This document shows, piece after piece, positions 43,820 to 52,842 of a DNA stretch of 64,000 nt (position 1 is its first letter; each line of letters begins with the position of its first letter). The notes below the pieces were generated by a model. The model was not told the origin of the DNA, did not search any database, and saw only the letters and a list, made by a program, of their open reading frames with translations. Location of the stretch: the NCBI GenBank assembly GCA_964413365.1, contig CAYPRM010000003.1:857-64856 (forward strand), in the 5' to 3' direction. The DNA comes from an uncultured Lachnospiraceae bacterium (GTDB lineage: Bacteria; Bacillota; Clostridia; Oscillospirales; CAG-272). Both the position numbers and the translations under genes were made by a program.

Positions 43820-45271
43820 TTAAACGATGACACGGAAAAGCTTCCAGAAGAGATCGGAGATCCACTTAGTGATCCAGCTCTGAAGCTTATAGAAGAATGT
43901 GGGGTTATTGGGCTCCTGGCTTCCCTTTTCATCAATGATGTCCTGGAAGGTCTTGCCCTTGATAAAGCGAGTAAGCTGAGGAACGTTCTCGATGGAGTAG
44001 ATCGTACCCTCCGAGAAGTCCTGATAGTAATATGTAAGTCCGTCGACCTCTGCCGTCTTCTGGTCTCCGAGAGGATAACCGAGTTTTTCGGCATTTCCGA
44101 GTCCCTGCGCCGATTCATCGACTATGTTAAGGATCTCGCCGTAGATCATATAGACCTTCATATCGTCGGGATTGAGCATGAGCATCATATTGGTTCTGCC
44201 CCAAGCATTACCTGTGCCCTCACTTCCGACATACGCCTGCTTAAGATACATACTATCCCAATAGAGTATTCCCTCATGGTCGGGAATGCCGGGAATGAAG
44301 CCCTTATCAATAAGATCATAATACTTATCGTGGAACTTCTGCTGTACCTGCTCGACGGTAAGTCCCTTTCCACCGTAGAATGGGCTAGCCTCGATCGCGG
44401 GCTGAGTTATCTCGGTGCGAGTGAGCTCATCGAAATCCATCTCGAGCGCCTCAAATTTGCCACTCTCTTCATTATATCTGACGCCTGCGCGGACGAGGAG
44501 GTCGCCGTTCTCAGGCATAAAGAGGAGTCCCTGTGCAAATGCCTGCGCAGTTCCCTTCATACCCTCAAGCTCATAATCGAACGGATCGGATATGGGCTCC
44601 ATAAGGCTTCCTGCCTTAGCCTCCTTATAGAAGTTGAAGAATTCGCCCGAGATCATAAACGCCTCGTCCTTAAGGAACGAATACGCTATGGTCGTAACGT
44701 GAACTCTGGGGCTCTCGAAGCCGTATTCGCTATCTCCGTCATAGAAGTCGAGCTTTATGACAGATCCGTCCCAGACGCTGAGCATATCAGTGGGAATACC
44801 GCAGTTATAGCCCTTTTCGCAGAGTCTTGCGTACTCTGCGTATATTTTCTGCAATGCGTAATTTGCATCGTATGCAACGCTTGTGCCGTATTTATTATTG
44901 AGCTTGCTCCAGACAGCCTGAACGTCATATCCTGCTTGTCTGTTGATTATGAAGCTCTCCATATCGACAAAGTGCTTGCGACCGTTGGAGTCGATATTCA
45001 TACCGCCCACGTCGCGCTTATTGGAATAGCGTCCGTCAGCCGTTTTTTCGGCGTAAACGTAGCCATACTCGTAATTCTGGCAAACGGTCTTGCCGTCCGC
45101 AAGAGTTATGAGCTCACCCACAACACTTCCGTATTCCTCTCTATAGGGAGTGAGTGCCGCGACCGCCTCGCCCTCTGCAAATGCAGGGAGTGCGGACATC
45201 GGAACGATCATCCACGTAAGGAGGACCAGCAGTGCCGTAAGTCTTTTTGTCATTTTTTGTACCTTACTCAT
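43820..45271 (-). CDS. secreted protein of unknown function with C-terminal hydrophobic tail
   Basis: 483 aa. The signal peptide ends ALPAFA|EGE and the C-terminus reads WITKWISDLFWKLFRVIV. It lies between the permease and GH76 genes. Confidence 0.5.
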   Translation of the reverse strand: MSKVQKMTKRLTALLVLLTWMIVPMSALPAFAEGEAVAALTPYREEYGSVVGELITLADGKTVCQNYEYGYVYAEKTADGRYSNKRDVGGMNIDSNGRKHFVDMESFIINRQAGYDVQAVWSKLNNKYGTSVAYDANYALQKIYAEYARLCEKGYNCGIPTDMLSVWDGSVIKLDFYDGDSEYGFESPRVHVTTIAYSFLKDEAFMISGEFFNFYKEAKAGSLMEPISDPFDYELEGMKGTAQAFAQGLLFMPENGDLLVRAGVRYNEESGKFEALEMDFDELTRTEITQPAIEASPFYGGKGLTVEQVQQKFHDKYYDLIDKGFIPGIPDHEGILYWDSMYLKQAYVGSEGTGNAWGRTNMMLMLNPDDMKVYMIYGEILNIVDESAQGLGNAEKLGYPLGDQKTAEVDGLTYYYQDFSEGTIYSIENVPQLTRFIKGKTFQDIIDEKGSQEPNNPTFFYKLQSWITKWISDLFWKLFRVIV

Positions 45272-45274
45272 TAA

Positions 45275-46201
45275 TTACTCCTTTATACCTGCGAAGGTTA
45301 CTGTATTCATAAAATACTTCTGAAGGAATGCAAATATCAGGAGGGACGGGAGCATTATGATCAGAGATCCTGCCATGATAGCGCCGTAGTCCGTTTCATA
45401 TATTTGCTGATACTGACCTAAGATGAGGGACAGCACCGAGACATCGCCCGATATCAAGACCACGCTCGGCCACAGATACGAGTTCCAATACGAGTTGAAC
45501 GTAATGATGCCAAGGGTGATAAGTCCCGAGGATACCTGCGGAAGATAGATCTGCCAGAATATTCTGAACTCGCTCGCTCCGTCCACTCTTGCCGCCTCAC
45601 CGAGTGCTGCGGGCACGCCGTGGAAGAACTGTCTCATAAAGAATATACCGTAAACGCCTATCGCACCGGGCAGGATGACTGCAAGCACAGTTCCTATAAA
45701 GCCCGAGCCGCCATTTCCCAATATATCGTTTCCACCTACGAGGGGAAACTTAGCCAGCACGTAATACTGAGGAAGCAGGGTTACTATACTCGGTATCATA
45801 AGGGAAAGTATCATTATTCTGAAGATTATCTTTCTGCCCCTGAACCTGAGCTTTGAGAATGAATATCCTGCCATGCTTCCAAAGAAAAGGTTGGTAAACA
45901 TACCCACAGCAGTGATTATTATCGTATTTCCGAGTGCGGAAAAGAAATTATCCTGCTTTGAGAAGAATTCCGTAAAGTTATCAAAGGTTATCTCATTGGG
46001 AACGAAGGAGATCGGTATTCTCATAGACTCCATCAGAGGTCTGATGGCTGTGATTATCGACCAATAGAACGGCAGCAGCATTATGACTGCAAATGCCGCC
46101 ATCAGCAGATATATGAGCACCCTTCTCACGATCCCTGCGACCTGCATTGAGAGAGGAAGCGTCGATTTTTTCTTAGTTATATTCATACTCTTCCCTCTCA
46201 A
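45275..46201 (-). CDS. carbohydrate ABC transporter permease (MalG/BPD type)
   Basis: 308 aa with 6 TM helices and the EAA-type loop EAARVDGASEFRIFWQIYLP. Its start overlaps the upstream stop (ATGA). Confidence 0.9.
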   Translation of the reverse strand: MRGKSMNITKKKSTLPLSMQVAGIVRRVLIYLLMAAFAVIMLLPFYWSIITAIRPLMESMRIPISFVPNEITFDNFTEFFSKQDNFFSALGNTIIITAVGMFTNLFFGSMAGYSFSKLRFRGRKIIFRIMILSLMIPSIVTLLPQYYVLAKFPLVGGNDILGNGGSGFIGTVLAVILPGAIGVYGIFFMRQFFHGVPAALGEAARVDGASEFRIFWQIYLPQVSSGLITLGIITFNSYWNSYLWPSVVLISGDVSVLSLILGQYQQIYETDYGAIMAGSLIIMLPSLLIFAFLQKYFMNTVTFAGIKE

Positions 46202-47109
46202 TCATTATTGTCGTTTATTTTGTCCTGAATGTGGTTATTGATCGAGGTTATGATCATTATAACTACGAAGAGGACGACCGCCATTGCGTTGGCAAGTCCG
46301 CTTCTGTTACTGTCAAACGACATGAAGTAGATCTGGAATACGGGTGTAGCCGTTCCCGAGCCGCCTCCTGTCATTATCTTTACCTGATCATAAAGCTGGA
46401 ATGCGCCGATCATACTCATCATGACCACGAAGAACGTCGCCTGACCGATCTGCGGCAGGGTTATGTTCTTAAACAGGTGCCATTTGTTTGCACCGTCGAC
46501 CTTAGCAGCCTCGATTATATCGGGAGAAACGCCCTGAAGCGCGGCAAGATAGATTATCATATTGCCGCCTATCGCGCCCCACACATTGACTATCGCGATG
46601 CACGCCATCGCAACTCCCTCCGTGCCGAGCCAATCGAGCGGTGCGCCGCCGAACCACGAGAGTACCTGATTCATAAGTCCGTAGTCAGCCGCATTGAAGA
46701 TGAACTGGAACACGAAGGATGCCGCAACGCCGCTGGTAACAGAGGGGAGATAGTACATTATTCTGAACATCTTAGCCCCTCTGATCTTCTGATTTACCAG
46801 CACCGCAAAAAGCAAGGATATCACTACCACGAGCGGAACATACAGTGCCACGTAGTAGAGCACGTTTCCGAACGATTCTCTAAACGTTGACAGTCCCTTA
46901 GCGGTAAAGATCTCTATGTAGTTCTCAAATCCTACCCACTCGATCTTGCTCAAATTCCTCTGGCTGTAATCGCAGAAGGAAAAGTATATAGCCATCAATA
47001 CAGGAAGTAAAACAAACAGGCAGAAAAATATTAATGCCGGAGTTATGAAGAGATACGCGGTCCGCTCCTGCTTGCGCTGTACCTCAGTCAGCTTTTTTCT
47101 CTTTCGCAT
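46198..47109 (-). CDS. carbohydrate ABC transporter permease (MalF type)
   Basis: 303 aa with the EAA loop EAAKVDGANKWHLFKNITLP. Confidence 0.9.
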   Translation of the reverse strand: MRKRKKLTEVQRKQERTAYLFITPALIFFCLFVLLPVLMAIYFSFCDYSQRNLSKIEWVGFENYIEIFTAKGLSTFRESFGNVLYYVALYVPLVVVISLLFAVLVNQKIRGAKMFRIMYYLPSVTSGVAASFVFQFIFNAADYGLMNQVLSWFGGAPLDWLGTEGVAMACIAIVNVWGAIGGNMIIYLAALQGVSPDIIEAAKVDGANKWHLFKNITLPQIGQATFFVVMMSMIGAFQLYDQVKIMTGGGSGTATPVFQIYFMSFDSNRSGLANAMAVVLFVVIMIITSINNHIQDKINDNND

Positions 47110-47131
47110 TGTTTTATCCTCCTAAATGCTC

Positions 47132-48505
47132 TTATTTTTTATAAACCTCAAGAAGGTTATCCGTCTGCTCCTCGATGGTAGCAAGGATGCTCTGTCTTCT
47201 ATCAGAGTCGTTAGCGCCCTTGCAGAAGCTTGCAACGTAGCTGTTGAAAACGTTGACCTGAACGTCCTTCCAACCGGGTACGCTGGGACGTGTTGTATAG
47301 GTATCTGCGTAAGGAACTGTATCCTTAAGCACCTTATTATTCGTGATTATGGGGTTAGTATGTGTCGACTTAAGTGCGGGAACCGTGCTGCTTATTTCAG
47401 ACCACTTGAGCATATTCTCTTCATTGTATACCCAGTCCTGAATGAAATCCCAGCAACGCTCTACCTTTGCTTCCCAAGCCTCGTCCATATTCTTCTCGTA
47501 TATGGGCTTCGGAATAGCAAGACCGTATCCGCCGAGCACGCCTCTGTTAGCGCCACCCTCACCGGGGTACTTGGGCTGGGGCATATATCTTACGTTAACA
47601 TTGCTTGCATATTTCTGAAGGTAAGAGATGAAGTATGTGGGGCGGTAGTACATAGCGAGCTGTCCCTGAACGAACGCCATCTCGCTGACGTAGCCCTCTG
47701 TGTAGGTGTTATTATAGAGCTTATGGAAGTAATCAAGAAGATCCTCGCCCTTTTTATTGTTGACGGAGGTATTGCCCTGAGCGTCGAAGAAGTCGCCACC
47801 GGTGGAAACGTAGTTGTGATAGAAGAACTCGTTGACATCCTTGCCGTCAAAGCCGCTCTTTACCTCAACATTCGTTCCTGCTACCTGATACTTAAGTCCC
47901 TTAAGCTTTGTAGCGGTATCAAGCAGGTCATCCCATGTCCAGTCAAGTCTGTCGGAGCCGTCATCGTTCCAGAAGCAGGTGATGGGAGCGTCGGGATTCT
48001 GCTCGTTGTATGCGTTAACGATATCCATATTGACGTATACGCCCCACATATCGAGGTCGAGGGGCAAGCCGTACTGTATACCGAGGTAGTTCATCTCGTT
48101 ATACGCGGTGGAGTTGAACTTGGATGCGTCGATGCCGTCCCTTGCGATGTACTCGTCAAGAGGAAGAAGGACCTCATCGTATGCGTATGAGGGGGTGTTG
48201 AAGCGGTCCCAGATCATAAGGTCAGGACCTGTGTTGGTGTTCATTGCACCCGCGAAGGTCTGCTCAAAGTCGGTGATGATCTTGAGCTCGATCGTAAGTC
48301 CCTGATCGTTGTTCTTGTTGTACCACTCGATGAACGCCTTGAGGTTCTCAGCGTCCGTACCAGTCCACTGACCGCCTGCCCAGAGGAGGATGGTGTTCTC
48401 GTCCCTACCGTTATTGGGAGAGGGGCATCCGCTCAGAACGAGCGTCATTGAAAGGCACATAGCCACGATGGCTACCAAGCTAATGATTTTCTTAAACATT
48501 TTCAT
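47132..48505 (-). CDS. extracellular sugar-binding lipoprotein of ABC importer (family 1 SBP)
   Basis: 457 aa with lipobox LSGC and typical SBP_bac_1 composition. It is the first gene of the transporter triplet. Confidence 0.85.
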   Translation of the reverse strand: MKMFKKIISLVAIVAMCLSMTLVLSGCPSPNNGRDENTILLWAGGQWTGTDAENLKAFIEWYNKNNDQGLTIELKIITDFEQTFAGAMNTNTGPDLMIWDRFNTPSYAYDEVLLPLDEYIARDGIDASKFNSTAYNEMNYLGIQYGLPLDLDMWGVYVNMDIVNAYNEQNPDAPITCFWNDDGSDRLDWTWDDLLDTATKLKGLKYQVAGTNVEVKSGFDGKDVNEFFYHNYVSTGGDFFDAQGNTSVNNKKGEDLLDYFHKLYNNTYTEGYVSEMAFVQGQLAMYYRPTYFISYLQKYASNVNVRYMPQPKYPGEGGANRGVLGGYGLAIPKPIYEKNMDEAWEAKVERCWDFIQDWVYNEENMLKWSEISSTVPALKSTHTNPIITNNKVLKDTVPYADTYTTRPSVPGWKDVQVNVFNSYVASFCKGANDSDRRQSILATIEEQTDNLLEVYKK

Positions 48506-48534
48506 AATCTCCTTTTATATTTTTATTGAAAATA

Positions 48535-49794
48535 TTATTGGTCTGTGATCACAAGATCCATAATGAATATTGCGTAAAGCGTATTCGCCCATGCGAACCA
48601 TTCGCGCGTGAATTCATAGGGATCGTTTACATTGAAGCCCTCGTGCATAAGGAGGGTATCTGCGGTGGTTGCTTTAAGCGTACGGCGTATTCGGTCTATC
48701 TCATCTCTGTCGAGAGAGGTGAGTGCCTGAATTATCAGAGCGATATGCCACACATAATCCGCAGGGGTATGTGGGCTGCCGACGCCGCTTGCGTATTCAC
48801 CGCTGTAATAGAAGGGGTTTTGCTTACTGAGGACTGCCCTGCGTGTTCTGAGATATATCGGATCGTCCTTCTCACAATAATCGAGATAAGGAAGCGACAT
48901 AAGGCTCGGAACGTTCGCGTCGTCCATAAAGCTGACTCCGCCGAGTCCGTCGACCTCATATGCGTACACATCACCGTCATCGGTATGGATGATACCGTAT
49001 TTCGCGATACCGTCGTCGATCTCCGAGGTCAGCTTCAGCGCGATATCCTTCAGGGGATCGTCGATGCCTGCTGTGACGATATTCTGAATGAGTGTCTTAA
49101 GCGTTACCGAGGCGAACATATTTGCAGGCACGAGATAGTGGTATTTGCACCTATCGTCGCTCGGTCTGAACGCCGACCAGACCATGCCCGTATATGCTGT
49201 TTTTGCACCCCTACCTCCGTTCTCGAGTGTATCGTGGGCAAATTCACCAACACGAGCAAACGAGTATGTAGAGCGCTCGTCGTGATGCTGCTCCGTTATC
49301 ATGGTGTCGAGCATGACTCCGTATGCACGGAAGAAGAGCTCGTCAAAGACGCCTGCATCCTGCGTATAGCGGTAATACTTATTTATCAGCCAGAGAGGAT
49401 ATATGAGCGAGTCGAGCTCGTACTTCCTTTCCCAGACATGATCGTTATTGACCGTTATATCCTTGTGCCCCATGCCGTTTGCCGTTTTATTGAAGGCGTT
49501 TGCATAAGGATCTATCAGAATGCATTTGAGCTGTCTTGTTATCAGGGAGCGAATGAGCGCTCGTACGTCGGGATCCTCGCCTGCAAGTCTGACGTAGTGG
49601 CTGACCTGCACGCTGCTGTCGCGAAGCCACATTGCGGGGATATCTCCCGTTTTGATGAATGCATCGCCTCCGTCGTCCTCGACCGTGGTCTCGAGCGTGC
49701 TCAAGTAGCATCTCCTGAACATCTCTCTTTCGATGGGATCATGCAGAAGTCCTGCCATCCTATCGACGTAGCTGTAAAGCTTTTCGTATTTCAC
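48535..49794 (-). CDS. glycoside hydrolase family 125 (metal-independent exo-alpha-1,6-mannosidase type)
   Basis: 419 aa with FIKTGDIPAMWLRDSSVQ and an (alpha/alpha)6-type sequence. No signal peptide. The GTG start lies 12 nt after aggagg, so the start is uncertain. Confidence 0.8.
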   Translation of the reverse strand: MKYEKLYSYVDRMAGLLHDPIEREMFRRCYLSTLETTVEDDGGDAFIKTGDIPAMWLRDSSVQVSHYVRLAGEDPDVRALIRSLITRQLKCILIDPYANAFNKTANGMGHKDITVNNDHVWERKYELDSLIYPLWLINKYYRYTQDAGVFDELFFRAYGVMLDTMITEQHHDERSTYSFARVGEFAHDTLENGGRGAKTAYTGMVWSAFRPSDDRCKYHYLVPANMFASVTLKTLIQNIVTAGIDDPLKDIALKLTSEIDDGIAKYGIIHTDDGDVYAYEVDGLGGVSFMDDANVPSLMSLPYLDYCEKDDPIYLRTRRAVLSKQNPFYYSGEYASGVGSPHTPADYVWHIALIIQALTSLDRDEIDRIRRTLKATTADTLLMHEGFNVNDPYEFTREWFAWANTLYAIFIMDLVITDQ

Positions 49795-49838
49795 CTGTGA
49801 ACATCTCCTCCTGTTCTATACTATATGGTAAGGCTCTT

Positions 49839-49958
49839 AAAACCGTTTTTCTGCCGATGAAAACACATCACATCGGAGCATTGGAGTCTGCTCATTCACC
49901 GCCATTTTGCGGCTTATCGGTGCGGCTTCGTGTTTTTTCGACGGAAAACCGTTTTTCC
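49839..49958. promoter_or_regulatory. two copies of a candidate LacI-family operator motif upstream of the GH125 operon
   Basis: AAAACCGTTTTTCTGCC (49839-49855) and GGAAAACCGTTTTTCC (49943-49958). The second is a 14/16 palindrome centred on CG. Confidence 0.5.
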
Positions 49959-50043
49959 AAAAGCCAATAATAATAGCATTTGCTCCGCTATGGGGTAATG
50001 CCATTATTTGTTTTTCAATTAGATCAGATCATTTCGGCATCGG

Positions 50044-51078
50044 TCATTCTGCCGTCTGCCACTTATTGTTCTTTACGGAATATCCGACGACTATCTCACT
50101 CTCGACGAGGGCACATTGCGGTGTCTTTATGTCATTAAGTTGATCGACGAGCATCTCCACCGCAGTTTTACCGAGCAAGGTATAATCCTGTCTTGCGTAG
50201 CTGAGGGGCGGATCGAACGTTCCGTTATCAAGTGCGCGTCCGAGCGAGAACACCGAGACGTCATATCCGATTCTAAGATCCTTTTCCGCCGAGATACTAT
50301 ATATCTGCTGTGCCACGATATCATCGCAGGTGATGAACACCGAGTCCTTATCTATTATCGAGCGTATATAAGCGTCATTATTTGGATCGACGAATATCCT
50401 GCGCGATATCACGCGGTCATTCATATTGATACCGTTCTCCATGCAGGCCTCGTAGAAGCCTCTGTATCTATCCTGAGAGATGGTCATCTCCCCTTCACTA
50501 TTTATAAGGTAGATATTTTTAAGTTTTGTAAGCTCGATCAGCTTGAGGGCGGTATTTTTAGTCAAGGTCATATTGTCGACGTCGACGTAATTGATCTTCT
50601 CTGCATTTTCAGGTCTGCCGAGCACGACAAAGTTGATATGCTGTGAGTCGATCTGGGAGATACGCTCATCGTGAAGACAGGGGCTCATCATTATCGCGCC
50701 GTCGATCGGTGCGCAACCCCTTCGGAGTGTATCAAGAAGCGTTTCCCTATCGGAGTTATAATAAATAAGTAAGGAATATCCGTGCATGGACGCCTCCTTT
50801 ACGCAGGAGACGATGAGATTTTTATATATCTTCTTATTGATATCGTCACTGCTCTCAAGAAGCAGGGCGAGTATATTTGATTTTTTACTTGAAAGCGTTG
50901 ATGCGTAAAAATTGGGATGGTAATCGAGCTCCTCGCAAGCGCGGAGCACCTTTTCTCTCAACTCGTCGCTCACGAACTTCTTGCCCGTAAGAACGTTTGA
51001 GACCGTTGACTTAGCGACGCCTGCGCGGGCTGCCACGTCAACGATATTCACAGCATCCTTCAATCTCGTATCCTTCAT
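50044..51078 (-). CDS. LacI-family transcriptional regulator
   Basis: 344 aa. The N-terminal HTH reads NIVDVAARAGVAKSTVSNVLTG, followed by a periplasmic-binding-protein-like sugar-binding domain. Confidence 0.9.
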   Translation of the reverse strand: MKDTRLKDAVNIVDVAARAGVAKSTVSNVLTGKKFVSDELREKVLRACEELDYHPNFYASTLSSKKSNILALLLESSDDINKKIYKNLIVSCVKEASMHGYSLLIYYNSDRETLLDTLRRGCAPIDGAIMMSPCLHDERISQIDSQHINFVVLGRPENAEKINYVDVDNMTLTKNTALKLIELTKLKNIYLINSEGEMTISQDRYRGFYEACMENGINMNDRVISRRIFVDPNNDAYIRSIIDKDSVFITCDDIVAQQIYSISAEKDLRIGYDVSVFSLGRALDNGTFDPPLSYARQDYTLLGKTAVEMLVDQLNDIKTPQCALVESEIVVGYSVKNNKWQTAE

Positions 51079-51093
51079 TTTATTCTATCTATC

Positions 51094-52569
51094 CTATCTG
51101 TTTTTTATTACGTTCTTTTTATAAAGCTCTATCAGCTCATCCGCATAGACAAGCTCTATATGGTCGCCGAGCCTTGAAACGAGGTAGTCAACAGCGGCGA
51201 CAGGAACGCTCCACGGATGTATATTGATAACGGAATAGCCACTCGCATCATTTGGAGAGGGGGTGAGTGCATTTATTCTTTCGACAAATGCGTCCATCCA
51301 TTCCTTCGTGATCTTACGGGGATCTCCGCTATGGTGCCAATAGGAATATCTGACGGATATAAAGGGCTTGCCGCACGCCTCGAACACCATTCCCGCTCCG
51401 CTCTCGTAGTGGTCGGGATCAAGCTCCCAGACGCCGCCTCTGATGCCGTCAAATCTTGCGTAATACGAGAGCCTCTTTTCGACATTCTGTGCGTCCTGCA
51501 CAAGGCTTATATCATCAAGCATACACACAACATCAAGATCGGAGTCTGCCATAGCCTCGGCGGTCTGCCTTGTAAATTCATCCAGATGCTCCATCGGATA
51601 TGCGAGCAGATTTGCGTACCCTATTCCCGAGACGCCCGTGATGAAGTAGTCCATCTTGCGCGTATCGAATATCCTCTTTGCCACGGTCGGCGAGAGCCTT
51701 GCAAGGGACGGCGAGAGCGTCCAAGTCATTTTATAATCAGAGTTGCTTCTCTGCCTCTGTCCGAAGGCGCTCGTGGTGGTGAAATCCCTCTCGAGCCATT
51801 GAATATTATCGCCGTCGCTCACGACAAGAGCAACATAGTGCTTGCCCTCGCGTATCTCGCTCCTTTTTATGCTCTGTCTTACTGTGCAGGAGCACTGACC
51901 GAGATAGCTGTGATTTGAAGACCAATCCATCGGTATAACATAGTCGCCGTAGGTCGATATATCCTTGACGAACAATATCTCGTCGTCAGTCCAGCCGTAC
52001 ACGGGTATATTTTTATCAAGACAGCTCAAGATGTGCCGTCTAAGCTCCCTGCCCTCATCGGTCTGATCGGTATAGACGCACGCCCAGCGGTTACATATTG
52101 AAAAATCCCTGAGCACGAGGTGGAAATTGCCCTCGCGCACCACCTGATGCACAAGAGCCGTGTGTGAGAGACGGTGTTCCACCGCATCAAAGACGATACG
52201 CTGACGCTCCGACGCGCTCCCGCGGACCTCTGCAAGATCACAGACGGTCTTGATGCCGAGCTTGTTCACTCTGTCAATAAGACTTCTCGGAACGCCGAGC
52301 AGATCATAAGCGGCGGAGATGGTTGCCGCCATATTTATGGAAATGTCGTTGCAGTCGAGATCGTAGCAGACTGCGCCGTCAAATTCCTTCATATTTATAT
52401 AAATAAGCTCCCAGAGATCTATGGGTGCGAATTCCTCGTCGAGATAATCCATATAATTATCTACATCCACGTATACCTTAACGCCCCTCCTGTTCAGAAT
52501 ACCCTGAACGAAAGGAGCAAGAGCTCTCTCATCCTCACTCATTGAGGACCAGTTGAGCAAATTGACCAT
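51094..52569 (-). CDS. GxGYxYP-family putative glycoside hydrolase (tentative)
   Basis: 491 aa with no signal peptide. The N-terminal APFVQGILNRRGVKVYV and the later ITGVSGIGYANLLAYP resemble that family. I cannot verify this without an HMM search. Confidence 0.4.
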   Translation of the reverse strand: MVNLLNWSSMSEDERALAPFVQGILNRRGVKVYVDVDNYMDYLDEEFAPIDLWELIYINMKEFDGAVCYDLDCNDISINMAATISAAYDLLGVPRSLIDRVNKLGIKTVCDLAEVRGSASERQRIVFDAVEHRLSHTALVHQVVREGNFHLVLRDFSICNRWACVYTDQTDEGRELRRHILSCLDKNIPVYGWTDDEILFVKDISTYGDYVIPMDWSSNHSYLGQCSCTVRQSIKRSEIREGKHYVALVVSDGDNIQWLERDFTTTSAFGQRQRSNSDYKMTWTLSPSLARLSPTVAKRIFDTRKMDYFITGVSGIGYANLLAYPMEHLDEFTRQTAEAMADSDLDVVCMLDDISLVQDAQNVEKRLSYYARFDGIRGGVWELDPDHYESGAGMVFEACGKPFISVRYSYWHHSGDPRKITKEWMDAFVERINALTPSPNDASGYSVINIHPWSVPVAAVDYLVSRLGDHIELVYADELIELYKKNVIKNR

Positions 52570-52618
52570 AAAGCCTCCAGCAGAAAGACAAGTTTTTTAT
52601 ATATTATATACCTTTATT

Positions 52619-52642
52619 CACAAAAACGCAATAGTTTTTGTG
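52619..52642. promoter_or_regulatory. perfect 9-6-9 inverted repeat in the divergent control region
   Basis: cacaaaaac-gcaata-gtttttgtg. A weaker relative, gcacaaaaatacaattattttttt, occurs about 55 bp downstream. Confidence 0.4.
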
Positions 52643-52656
52643 CGACTTTCTCATAA

Positions 52657-52673
52657 AAAACCATTTTTCTGCC
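52657..52673. promoter_or_regulatory. third copy of the candidate operator motif
   Basis: AAAACCATTTTTCTGCC differs at one position from the 17-mer at 49839-49855. Confidence 0.45.
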
Positions 52674-52774
52674 TTTTGCACAAAAATACAATTATTTTTT
52701 TGTTAGAAATGATAATTCGAGTCTTGGTGATCAAAAAAATTTGAAAGAAAGTTGCAAAAAATGATAAAAAACTA

Positions 52775-52826
52775 TTTACAAATCGAAATGTTTGTGCTAA
52801 AATGTAATAAAAAAAACGGTTTTTTC
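52775..52826 (+). promoter_or_regulatory. GH38 promoter followed by fourth operator-like site
   Basis: TTTACA (52775-80), 17 nt, then TAAAAT (52798-52803). AAAAAACGGTTTTTTC (52811-52826) follows, which is the reverse complement of AAAACCGTTTTT. It is positioned between the -10 and the RBS. Confidence 0.55.
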
Positions 52827-52842
52827 ATAAAGGAGATTAACC

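Noticed and set aside
49795-50043. A sigma-70 promoter and a CcpA cre site upstream of GH125.
   Set aside because: I found no -35/-10 pair with acceptable spacing and no TGWAANCGNTNWCA match. The operon may be read through from the LacI gene or may use a weak promoter.
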